A stretch of 64,000 bases of DNA from Octopus sinensis (taxonomy: Eukaryota), in NCBI RefSeq assembly GCF_006345805.1, contig NC_042999.1:77438001-77502000 (forward strand), given 5' to 3'. The translations under genes were made by a program, and so were the position numbers. Positions 50,890 through 62,875 of this stretch are shown one piece after another. The notes beneath the pieces are model-generated. The model saw only the letters and a program-made list of their open reading frames with translations, did no database searches and was not told the DNA's origin. Within the stretch, counting starts at the first letter, position 1, and the number at the start of each line of letters is the position of its first letter.

Positions 50890-51785
50890 TTTGTCTTCAT
50901 AGAAATTTTATAGAAATACCGTTCAAATGGCACAGATTACGATTATAAAGAAATTTCTCGGGAAAATGTTTTCCGAATGGGTGGGGAGAGTATTTCGGAA
51001 AACAAAAGTTTGCGCAAACGAACCAGGGTGGGGTGGGTGGAGTGGGGAGAGGACTTTCGGAAAATTCACACTATCCGATTTTTTCCTGCGTAACTTTCAG
51101 GAAGATGGATATCTTTTAATGAAATTTTGCAGAAACCTCTTTCAAACGGCATAGATTATGATAAAGAAATTTGTGGGGGAAATGTTTTTCCTGAAAGTTA
51201 CGAGGAAAAAAATCAGATCGTGTGAATTTTCCGAAAGTCCTCTCCCCACCCACCCCCGTTCATTTGCACAAATTTTTGTTTCTATATTCGTTTTCTACAC
51301 GTCCTTTTACACCTAGTAGACTGTTTTGTTTTCGTTTTGGTGACCGGATTCTAAACTAGATCCTGAAAGTTATGAGGGGGATAAAACGACCGTGTGAATT
51401 ATCCGACTGTCTTCTCTCTACCTCTTCGGAAAATATTTTCCCGAGAAATTTCTTTATAATCGTAATTTGTGCCATTTGAACGGTATTTCTAAAAAAATTT
51501 CATCAATATATATCAATTTTCCTGAAAGTCATGAGGAAAAAATCGGATCTTGTGAATTTTCCGAAAGCACCACCCGTTCGTTTTCGTATATTTGGCTTCC
51601 ATCGCACTGTGGGTTCTTATTTCTTTGTCTTCGGGGTTATTTTTTTGAAGGATCTCGTTATACAGTATCTTAAGTACAATGTATGTATGTATGTATGTAT
51701 GTATGTATGTATGTATGTATTTTTATCTATATATGCCATAACATCTGTGAGCGATTGCAGAAGGTAACGGTTCTTGTTTTTATAA
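50890..51785. mobile_element. Foldback non-autonomous element (Helentron/HINE-like)
   Basis: Nested inverted repeats 50911-50977/51425-51491 and 51042-51103/51188-51249, plus (TGTA)n at about 51680-51720; family assignment is tentative. Confidence 0.55.
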
Positions 51786-54629
51786 CTATCCAAACTAGTT
51801 AGAAAGATGGACGTATTGTTGAGAACAATAGATTTCGTTGGAGGTCTGTTAACTCTAACCTAGCTTTTGGTGACCTAGAAGAGGTTAGAAGGGTCAAGTG
51901 GCGAAGGCATTATTCTGGCTTAGCGAAGGCATATGGTAAATGTAACTGCTGTCCTTCGCAGAAAAACTATTGTTTTACCGTGAGAAAAGTGCTGTTGAAG
52001 TGCTAACGTTTCTGCCAGCTCGCCGTCTTACAACCTTCTTAAAATTGTGTGCTACCAACAAAGAAAATGCTTAGAAGCATTTCGTCCGGCTTTGCACTCC
52101 GAGTTCAAATTCCGCTGAGGTTCACTTTGCCTTTCATACTCTCGGCGTCGATAAAATAAGTACCAGTTGAGTACTGAGGTCGATGCGATCAACTTATCCC
52201 CTCTCCCGAAATTGCTGGCCTGATGCCTAAATTTGAAACAATAAGTAAGTAGTTCGTTGTTATTGAAGATGATACATTGTCTTTCACGGCAGTATGATAG
52301 GTTGTGCTTCTGAGCTGAGTAAATCTGAGAGTGATGGTTCAAAACTTAGTAGGAGTTCCTTCAGAGTTTTTGAACTATTACATAGGAGTCTCGCTACAAA
52401 CTAAAACATACCCAAAGTTGTCGCACGCACTTTTTCTCGTTTTTGTCTTTATCTTTTAGCCAGGAGGGAAAGCATTGCTCGTGATCTTTTACAAGGCGTC
52501 CGAACCTTGTGGGGGTGGGGAGAAAGGTATGCTCATACCGGAAACCTAACTCGAATGCTCCCAACAGAACCCTGTTGGTGGTGTAAAACAGAGTACAAAT
52601 TGTTTACTGCCGAAGTAGGCCATGGAAAGATATGAACTCAGAAAGCAAAGAGCTGAAACAAATTACTACAAGACATTCCAGTCTGACTCTGAACTGGTAC
52701 TTTTTTTCTTTTTTATCAATGCCGAAACAAACACCTCAATGCATTCTAGATGGCGCTCTAACGATTCTAATAACTGGCCAAGTCATTAAACTGTTTTCTT
52801 CTCCTCGCCGCCTAGGTAAAGAAGAAAAAGAAAAAAATTCCTTTTGGGCAAAAAAAAAATTACAAAAATAAACAAATTTGGGAGAAAATGGGGTGGAGAC
52901 GGACGGAAGTCTTTCAACAAATTCTCCAAAACAAGTAAGAGTTTGCAGATCTTCGGCGGGGTCACTAGCTTAAAAGCCCTGTCGGGCGGCTTTTAAGCTA
53001 GTGAGGTATAAGTATGATTAATTAAACTTTTCCTTCCTACATTAAATACGATGCCGCTCAATTGAATATTTTGTTATTTTGCAAAGCTGAGCTTAATATA
53101 TTTCTAACACTACGAAAAAGGCAAAGGGTAACAACTCCAGCGAATTAACAACAAAACCCAATGTCTTCTCTAGTGACTTAGCACGACATAGAAACCGATT
53201 AAACGGTGTTACATTTGACTATAAACATCGTGGCATTATGTCCCTTTAACTAAAGGAAATATACAACTACCAACTGATACAAAAATTAATTGCATTACAC
53301 AATTCTCTCTACATGAAGCACAGCAAATTTAAGATCACATAATGTCGCGTTAAATTCAGTAAGTATTTATTATGTAGCTGTCTCTCGTTTCTGTTGTTAT
53401 GTGCCCTTGTTTCAAAGCAGTGTTTTTTCTTTTCTCTGAAATACTTTGACCTTTAGAGATGTTATTATGGATCTTTTCACTTTGACCGGCAGATTTAAAA
53501 ACTGATTTCTTTGTAACTAAACACTTTTAAACTTCGTATACTGGAAAGTGAAAAGATCTGTTTTATGTAACACATTCTACCAGTATATGAAGTTTAAAAG
53601 TGTTTAGTTACGAAGAAATTATTTTTTAAATGTGCCGGTTAAAGTGAAAAGATCCCGAGCATATAATATATATTCTCATGGCTTCGAACTTTACTGTAAA
53701 TCACGCTATTGACATTCATTGCAGTTTTGGTTTCTGTTTATGTCTATACAATGCCATACAATAAGAAGAATTTTAGGTTGTAATTTCCTGGAAGAGAAAA
53801 ATAGAAACGATCCGTTTTTATTTTAATATTGAACTAAAACATTTTTAGTTCGAAACAGTCTTTCAAGAGATGAAAAGATGATCGAATATTTTTGTTTTAT
53901 ATTTTCGTGGTAATTTCGCCGAGGTCGACTTTGCCTTTCATCCTTTCGAGGTCGATAAAATAAGTATCAGTTTAGTACTCAGATGAATCAACTCCCTTCC
54001 CTAAAAATCTGCTGGCTCTGTGTCAACATTTAAAACCATATCTTCATGGTAATTTAAAGTATAGTGTTGTATTTAGGGAGGGTCACTCTTGCTAATAATA
54101 ACATACGAATATTTCGCATTTCACTTTTTTTTTAATTGTAGTGCGCCTGAGCACTGTATACAACAATTTAATTATTATAATCAATTAATCACATCAAAAA
54201 TCTTGTGAAACAAGTCCCAAAACGAAATTCGATTAAAATGTATTTTAAGTAATTCAAACATGTTGCCTCTCATTATAGAAGTCGGTTATGAATTATTTCC
54301 CTTTAGTCAAAGAACGTAGGACATGGACACGGAGCGCAGAATCAAGGTATTCTGTTATCTTGTGCACAAGGCATAAAACAGATTTGCTGACAAGAACAGC
54401 TTGCTACAGCGAAGCCTGTTACTGACATGTATCTTGCCATGACAGCCTTCCAACAACATTAAGGACCAAATAAGTCTCAACACTGCAACCTTTCTGTGTG
54501 TGATGGAGGACAGGTATCAGTGGTACAAGGCCAGAATTATGAGGGGAGGGCATTGTCAATTACGTAGGTCACAATACTTGACTGGTGCTTTTGTTTCGTC
54601 AACCTTGAAAGGTTAAGTTGGCCTCAGCA

Positions 54630-55282
54630 GGATTTAAACCCAGAATATAATGCCTGTTTGCAAACAGTCGTGCTATATGGTAGTGAAACATGGACTGTGA
54701 CAGAAAGGACATGTGAAGGCTTGAAAGAAATGAAGCTAGAATACTTTACTGGGTGTGCAATGTCAGTGTGCATGTACAACAGAGTGTAAGTGTCTTGAGA
54801 GAAAAGTTGGGCATAAGAGACATCAGATGTGTGCAAGTGAGATGACTGCACTGGATGTGTATGGATGTGGATATAAAGAAGTGCTGATCTCTTACTGTGG
54901 AGGGAACCTGTGGAAGAGGTAGACCTAGGAAGACATGGGATGAGGTAACGAAGTATGATCTTCGAATATTAGGTCTCGTGGAGGTAATGACAAGTGATTG
55001 TGACCCTTGGCAATATACCTTGCTTGAGAAAACTTGTCAGGCCAAGTGCAATCATAGTTGTGGCCAGTGTTGGTAACACATGAAAGCATCTGTGCCAGTA
55101 ACACATAAAAGGCACCCGCTACAATCTCAGAGTGGTTAGCATTAGGAAGAGCATCCAGCTGTAGAAGCCAAGCCAAAATCAGACTGGAACCTGGTGTAGC
55201 TCTCCAGCTTACAAGTTCCAGTCAAACCACCTAACCCATGCTAAAATGGAAAGCGGATGCTAAATTATAATGATGATGATGA
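54630..55282 (+). mobile_element. RTE LINE 3' fragment
   Basis: LYGSETW-like region, GRGRPRKTW coding remnant and (GAT)n tail. Confidence 0.85.
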
Positions 55283-55295
55283 TATATGTATATAT

Positions 55296-56171
55296 AAGGT
55301 CTGGTCAATAAATATCCGGACTGTTGCCAAAGTAACGAAGCTAAAGCATGCAGAGTTAAGCTGCTTGGCACAGATTGACCTTGAACTCTGTTCTACATGC
55401 ACAGTAAGTTTTAACATTCCAGCTCACTTCCACTGTTTACAGTAGTGCTTGGAAGGAAGGTGTGTAGCATGTGGTTGTTGCATTGACTATGACAGAGTAA
55501 GTTATGGTAATACCTGTTCAGAGGCCTATGCAAAGTTGCAGAAAGTGTATGGAGAGGAGTGTATGAGCCACACACAAGTGTACAAGAGATTCAGATATTT
55601 CCAAGATGGCTGAAGAAATGTCGATATTGACAAACATTCTGGGAGAGCTGCAACCAGCAGAACTGAGAAAAACATTGCAGATGTGCATGCAGCTGTGAGG
55701 GGAAATTGTCGAATCACTATCCATAAGTTATGAGAGGATGTGCAGATTAGTTACGGTTCAGTTCAGTCCATTATCACTGAAGATTTGGGTATGAGACACG
55801 TGTCTGCCAAGTTTGTGCCAAAACTGCTTTCAGCTGATCAAAATGACACTCTGGTTTCAGTTGCCCAAGATCTCCTTGATTGTGTCAAGAATGATGAAAA
55901 CTTTGCATAGGTCTCTGAACAGGTATTGCCAAGCTTTTGGCAAAATTTGATGCAGATTCTCTGCTCAACTTTATCATGGTCAATGCAACAATTACACACT
56001 ACACACATTCCTTCCAAGCACTGCTGTAAACAATGGAAGTGAGCTAGAACGTTAAAACTTAGTGCCTTTGCACAGCAGAGTTCAAGGTCAATCCAAGCCA
56101 AGTGGCTTCACTCTCTGTGCTTTAGCTTCCTTAATATAGCAACAGTCTAGATACATATTGATTAGACCATG
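55296..56171. mobile_element. Mariner derivative with an inverted duplication of its 5' end
   Basis: + strand: TIR, 5' UTR and N-terminal transposase up to FVPKLL. Positions 55899-56171 are the reverse complement of the TIR, UTR and EQRICIKFCQKLGNTCSETYAK. Confidence 0.85.
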
Positions 56172-56235
56172 TGTGTGTGTATATACATATATACGCACAC
56201 ACGCATGCATACATACATACATACATACATACATA

Positions 56236-57523
56236 TCTCAGGTCATCCCATAAGTTCTGTCTGAATTTTGAATAAAGAAAATAAGTGATCAAATGTTATA
56301 TTTAATTGAAATTTAATCATCAATGTACTTTCCCTGATTATCTATGACTTCCTTCCATCTATTTATAAGCTTTTTAATCCCATCAATGTAAAACTCTTTT
56401 GGTTTAAAAGCGAAGAACTCTGAAATGTCAGTTTCGACCTCCTCCTGGCTTGCGAAAGTTATGTCCCGCAAATGATTCTGTAAACTATGAAACAAATGGT
56501 AGTCTGAAGGAGCAAGGTCGGAAGAATAAGGTGGATGAGGAATTTTTTCTCAACCAAGCTCTTCGATCTTCTGTGATGTAATCTTTGCAGTGTGGGGTCG
56601 TGCATTATCCTGATGAAACATCACTCCTTTTCGATTCACTAAAGTGGGTCTTTTTTTCTTCAAAGCTTGGTTCAAACGCTTTAATTGCTGGCAGTAGACT
56701 TGAGCATTGATTGTTGCATTAGGTGGTAACAATTCAAAGTGAATTACTCCTTTGCAATCCCACCTGATAGAAAGAAGAACCTTTTTTCCATGAAGTTCCC
56801 TTCTCAGTTGTGGTTGAGCTTTTTCCCTTTATCCAAGCCACTGTTTACGACATTTAACATTTCGATAGAAGATCCATTTTCTGTCACCAGTCACAAGTCT
56901 ATTCAAAAAGGGTGAAATGAGTTCATGAGAATAGAGAGAAGAGCAGATGTCAACTTGGAATTTGCGGTTGCTTTCGGACAATTCACGAGGACCCCATTTT
57001 CCAAGTTTAGGAAACTTTCCAAGTTGTTGAAGATGACGATGAACAGTTGTGTAGTTTTAACTAAGCTTTATTGCCAATTCTTCAACTGATAATGGATTTT
57101 CTTCAAGTAATGCCTCAAGGAACTTATCATCAAACTCAACTGGACGTCCTGTTCAATCTTCATCTTCAAGGCTAAATTCTCCACTTCTGAATTGTGAAAA
57201 CCATCTTCTGCAAGTTCTTCCATTTCACCATTTCTTTCCTATAAACTGAATGTATGTTTCAAGTTGCTTTGGCTGCAGAGTTTCTTTTTTTGTACTCAAA
57301 AAGCATTATGTGCCGCAAATGCTCTTTGGATACTTCCATGTTAGAAAGGGTTTTAATCAAAGAAATTTTAATTCTATTATTCTGTAAAATAATATTTAAT
57401 TAGTTTAAATGTACACAAATGCAGAAAAATAATTTTTAATTCCATTAGACATTCTAAAATACTATTAAATTTCATTCAATTTTAAAAAAGGTAAAATTGG
57501 ACAGAACTTATGGGATGACCAGA
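56236..57523 (-). mobile_element. Mariner transposon, full length, decayed
   Basis: TIR ggtcatcccataagttctgtc at both ends with flanking TA; FHQDNARPH and DLAPSDYHLF. Confidence 0.95.
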
Positions 57524-57821
57524 TATGTGTGTGTGCGTGTGTTTGGAATAAATCATAAAAAACATTGGTTTTCTTAATCTTTCATTGTTCGACTTACAAC
57601 AAATCACCAAGTACACTAAATATAGGTCCATACACTCTATATCATGTAGAATAAAGACTGATATGGTGTTATGTAACTGCGATAAGATTAAAGGAGAAGG
57701 TCACACATACACACCAATGCAGATGAAAGCATGCAGTTCCATGTGGTTGGTACACTACTTTAAATATGTCGTTTCTTTCTGAATTGACCGTATGCAATGG
57801 CAAATATAGTAATAAAGCAAA

Positions 57822-58045
57822 GGTGGTGAGCTGGCAGAAACGTTAGCACTCCGGGTGAAATACTTAGTGGTATTTTGTCTGTCATTACATTTTGAGTTCA
57901 AATTCCATCGAGGTTTACTCTGCCTTTCATCCTTTCGGGCTTGATAAATTAAATACCAGTTGCATACTGGAGTCAATCTAATCAACTGCACCCTCCCCCA
58001 TTCCCCAGAAATTTCAGGCCTTGTGCCTAGAGTAGAAAAGAATAT
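57822..58045 (+). mobile_element. tRNA-headed SINE family B (Meta-domain-like core)
   Basis: ggtggtgagctggcagaa head, B box GAGTTCAAATTCC and core gcctttcatcctttcggg...gataaa..aagtaccag. Copies at 46778-46986 (-), 52050-52239, 53915-54035 and 58312-58525. Confidence 0.75.
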
Positions 58046-59379
58046 AGTGATAATGCAATAACTACAATGATATAGCTGGAAAATACTCATATAATGATAA
58101 GTAATAATTACAATTAAAAAAAAGAAATTGTAAAACATAATTAACTTATGGCTTAAAATAATGTTCATACCTGTAAAATAGTGATGAGGAGGGAAAAATG
58201 CCTCTGAATCTGGTTATATTGGCTTTGATTGTAGTGTTTCTAGATGCCTTTAAAAATGAACAACTGGCTAACATGGTTACTATTTGGACTGATACTAATT
58301 GCCCTCTTAAGGCAGGAAGCTGACAGAATTGTTAGCATGTTGGATGGAAGCTTGGCAGTATTTTGCCCATTGCTATATTCTGAGTTCAAATTCCACTGAG
58401 GTTGACTTTGCCTTTTGTCCTTTTGGGGTTGATAAATTAAGTACCAGTTGAGTACTGGGGTTGATATAATTGACTTAACCCCTTCCTCCAAATTTTAGGC
58501 CTTGTGCCTATAGTAGAAAAGATATTAATTGCCCTTTTCAAACATTGACACCATTAGGTCTACATAAACAGGAGTGGCATGCTAATGATATTTTTTGAGC
58601 ACTTTTCAATTCTTGCTGAATCTCTATGTGGTTACTTGATCTGCTAGAAATTGGAGCCAAATTGCCTTAAAATTATGCTTTACCATCTTTAAAAAAAGGC
58701 ATATTTGATAATGTCAGTACACTAGGACTGGAAAAAAAGTGAATAAAATGATCAAAGCTTAAAGTTTTTATCAGAGGTCTGCTCAATCAAGGTTCAACTG
58801 GGGTTAAATGACAACAATGAACACAGAAATAAGTGTTATCAATCTGAAGATGGCTGAAGAATCAACATGGCCTCATGAATATGCATTGATGTGAAAAATC
58901 AGCTTAATTATCAAATTTCTGTGAAGATCTCTGGCACCTGTAAAACATGATGTTCATATAAGACTGACTCTGCTTGTACAGCATTATACCTTGTAATAAC
59001 ATAGCAATAAATTATATATATAAACAGACAACAAGTCTTTTGTCATAACCTTGTTACAGTTCCTTCTGAATAGTTGCAAGTTGATGGACAGGAAAGGAAT
59101 TTCAGAGAGATAATGATCTGGAGTGAAGCAATAAGTTTAGTAATTAGTATGAGCCTGAGCTATGTGGTGGTAGTGTTGGTAGTGGAGAAGAACACTAATG
59201 GGGGATAAAAGTAAGGGAGGGTTACAGAGGTATCTTGAAAAGCCTTGTGTTCTTGATATCTAGGGTAGGTCAGCATGGTGGAATTCATCCCTCTACAAGC
59301 TATACTGACAGAAGGATTTGAAATTAATAAGCTAATGTAACAATTTTTTTCTGTGCTCATATTAGTAAATTATGCAAAT

Positions 59380-60160
59380 GGATGAGGATAGTTGTGTGAA
59401 AAAGTACCATACCCTAGCAGTTGAGGGAACCCGTGGAAGAGGTAGACCCAGGAAGACCTGGGATGAGGTGGTGAAGTACGACCTTCGAACATTAGGCATC
59501 ACCGAGGCAATGACTAGTGACCAGGACCTTTGGAAATATGCTGTGCTTGAGAAGACTTGGCAAGCCCAAGTGAGACCATAACCTCGTGGCCTATGCCAGG
59601 GGTGTAACCAGCCCACTTATGCATACCTTTCCTTCATTGGACACTAAACTCTGCTTGCGAAGACCTGTTGAGGCAAGTGAAATCGAAATCAAATTTGATG
59701 ACTGGCATCCATGCTAGTGGAGTGCTAAGAGCACCATACGAGTGTGATCGTTGCCAGAGCGGGTAACTGGCTTCTGTGCTGGTGGCACGTAAAAAGCACC
59801 ATTTGAGCGTGATTGTTACTAGCATTGCCTTACTGGCACTTGTGCCAGTGACATGTGAAAAAACATTCGAGTGAGGTCATTGCCAGTGCCGCTGAACTGT
59901 CTCCTGTGCAGGTGGCTCTTAAAAAACACCATTTGAGCGTGGCTGTTGCCAGTACCGCCTGACTGGCCCTCGTGCCAGTGGCACATAAAAGTACCCACTA
60001 CACTCTCGGAGTGGTTGGTGTTAGGAAGAGCATCCAGCTGTAGAAACTCTGCCAGATCAAGATTGGAGCCTGGTGCAGCCATCTGGTTCGCCAGTCCTCA
60101 GTCAAATCATCCAACCCATGCTAGCATGGAAAGCGGACATTAAATGATGATGATGATGCC
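59380..60160 (+). mobile_element. RTE LINE 3' fragment
   Basis: ORF 59372-59581 (GRGRPRKTWDEVVK), modular 3' UTR and tail; closely similar to 41350-42138. Confidence 0.9.
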
Positions 60161-60355
60161 ATCATAATGAGTCCATTGATAACTAAGTTGAGCTGTTTAG
60201 AGTTATGTCCTGGCCATAAATATAATATAGCATTGTTGTTGTTGTTAGCATATTCATCAACATTTTGATTCTGAGGGTTCCTTGACCATCACAAGCATAA
60301 CATAATTTGTAAAACACTTGTTTGTATGTTTTCAGCTTTGACTAAAAAAAGAGCC

Positions 60356-60449
60356 ATGCCTATCCCATTCCATGTTCTACGGAACATTGCTATTGTTGGA
60401 GGGTTCATTTCCATTGGAGGTGCTGGAATTTTTACGACGAAGTTAAAAT
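60356..60449 (+). CDS. COA1: COA1 (cytochrome c oxidase assembly factor 1), first coding exon; exon starts at 60336 after ttttcag
   Basis: MPIPFHVLRNIAIVGGFISIGGAGIFTTKLK is a hydrophobic N-terminal TM segment; donor gtaagt, phase 1. Confidence 0.75.
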
Positions 60450-61527
60450 GTAAGTTCATTTTGATAGAAATATTTCTCCTAAACTATTTATTATGCAATG
60501 TTGTAATCATAAATTAAGTATTTTCATAATCCTCTTGTCTTTCTTTCTTTCTTTCTTTCTTTCCTTCATTACCTATCTCTTTTCTTATGCTGTGTTCGCT
60601 GATTTCCCCGACCCTTCTTTGTAGTGAGAATATCTGACAACATGTCTCTTCTCTCATGATACTGTTTATTTATTAATCAGTTCAAAAATAACAATTAAAA
60701 GCTCTCTACATCATTACCTCCATCAGTCTCTTCTTTTTCTTGTTCAATCCCTCTTGTAAATTTGCAAGGTAATTTTGTTGTAACATAGTAATGGTAGAAA
60801 TTACATACAAAATAAAGCACCTCCAAAAAACTAAGAACTTTATTAAATGCACTGAAAATAGGTTCCATTCTTTAGTTACAGATATTGTGGTGCCTTGACT
60901 CTGCTATTCTTTTATTCTTTTACTTGTTTCAGTCATATGACTGTGGTCATGCTGGAGCACCTCCTTGAAGGGTTTTAGTCAAATAAATTGATCCCAGAAC
61001 TTTTTGATAGCCTAGTACTTATTCTATCGATCTCTTTTGCTGAACTGCTTAGTTACAGAGACATAAACACACCAACACCAGATGTCAAGCAGTGATGGAG
61101 AGATAAACACAGATGTAAAGACACACACACATAGATGCTCCACTAATGAGTACATCCTTTATTAGATAAATGTCTGCTACAGCCTCAAGCCTAATCCTCT
61201 TTCAAGGGCTAGAAATTAGCTCTCATTTCAAAACAAAACAGATAAATGATACCTTTTTTTCTGGATATGATACCAGTCTATTGTTGGGAGTAACGTTTCT
61301 GGATAATCTGTTACCTGACAACTAGGTGGATGCAGGTGATGTAGAATAAAGTGTTCTGCTCAAAAACAATGAAATACTTGCAACAGGTTTGATTTAAACT
61401 TGATCAATTATCAATATTGACTCAAACAGCACTACACAAATAGGTGATTTTTAAAAGTCAAAATCAAATATAATCTTATTTGCTTGATTTTGTTTCTTCT
61501 ATTAAGCTAATTATTTATTAATTGTAG

Positions 61528-61679
61528 ATAAATTCAAACAAGCAGACTATTTCATTGAATCAGTGTCTCTTCTACGCAACTATACTCCAATTGAAAAATA
61601 TCTTGGTCAACCAATTGTAGTGAAAAGCATTGATCTTGGTGACACTGAGAACAATGTTGTTGGTGCCCTGGGTGCAAAG
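61528..61679 (+). CDS. COA1: COA1 coding exon 2
   Basis: tgtag|AT...AAG|gtttgt, 152 nt. YKFKQADYFIESVSLLRNYTPIEKYLGQPIVVKSIDLGDTENN fits the Coa1 pattern YY..A...L......LG.PI. Confidence 0.8.
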
Positions 61680-62196
61680 GTTTGTAAATAATATTAATGA
61701 TAAACTTTTTTTTTTGTTTTCTTTTTTAACAATAGTTATAGCCAAAAGAGTTACTTTCTGGTCTGATCCCACTGTGTGACATGTTGAACTCTTTAACTAT
61801 ATTCCCAGGTTGAGCCAAAGCATTGCAAGTAAAATTAGGTGTTCAGAAACTGCATGAAATCCCATGCCATATGTATATGTGTATATACACACACACACAC
61901 ACATACATCTACATCAACATATTTGTAGTGGCTGGTATTAGTAAGAGTATCAAGCCATAGAAACCAAGCGAAAAATGAAACTGTCTTCCAAGCTGTCCGG
62001 GTGAGCAGCACTCCAGAATGCTGACTTTAATGATGGTAACCCATCCAACCCATGATAGTATGGAAAGTGGACATAAAATAGTGATGATGATGTTGATGAT
62101 AGCTTGGATAAACAAAAATCAATGTCGCAATTTATATCCTCTTATGCTCGGCCACAGTTGCCTTTCTCCCATAATGAGATTGATAAAGTATTAGAC

Positions 62197-62480
62197 CAGT
62201 GGTTCTGAAAGTGGGTGGCATTGTGCCCCCCCCCCCCCCGGGCAGTGGAAAGTTCCAAGGGGATGTTGAAGAAAAGTGGGGGTGATAATGGGGTAGCCAT
62301 TCATGCAAAAAACAACAAAATAATGGGTTCATTAGGTTGAGTTTTATTTGTTAAATTCAGTTGCTTTGAATTTGCTTCAGAAAGAGGTTTATGTTTGTGA
62401 TGATTAGTTGGGGTGGGGGTGCTAGGAATGTGACCTGGGTGTCAAAGGGGTGGCAGCCCAAAAAAGTTTTGGAACTACTG
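62197..62480. mobile_element. hAT/Charlie-type MITE
   Basis: TIRs CAGTGGTTCTGAAAGT and TTTTGGAACTACTG; perfect 8-bp TSD TATTAGAC at 62189-62196 and 62481-62488. Confidence 0.9.
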
Positions 62481-62798
62481 TATTAGACAAGATACTGAGG
62501 TTGGTGCCTTTCCTTCCCATGAGTCCTGAGTTGTAGGGGGTGTATCATGTGGCATTGTAAGAGTGTATCGTGTGAACTAAGGCATTTAGATTTACATGTA
62601 CTACCAATATAATATATATAATGAAATGCCAACTGTAGATTTGCACACAAGAGCTATGGGTTTGACGATGATAAGGCTAACATGAAAAATGAAAGTAAAA
62701 TACCAATGATAATATATGTAAACAAATGTGTTAAAAAAACTTTTAAAGAAATGTGTTGGCAAAACATTTTATCCTTTTTTTTTCATCTACTGAATTAG

Positions 62799-62875
62799 AT
62801 TGCAATTCCTGTATGTGGTCCTAAAGACAAAGGAATTCTTTATTGCTGGGCTACTCGTGAAAATACAGATGAAAG
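62799..62875 (+). CDS. COA1: COA1 coding exon 3
   Basis: attag|ATT...AG|gtaaat. IAIPVCGPKDKGILYCWATRENTDE(R) aligns with human KIPVSGSKSEGLLYVHSSR; last exon not identified. Confidence 0.82.

Noticed and set aside
59750-60000. Repeat-spacer-like array that might suggest CRISPR
   Set aside because: Units are degenerate, part of a LINE 3' UTR, in a eukaryotic context, and no cas genes are present.
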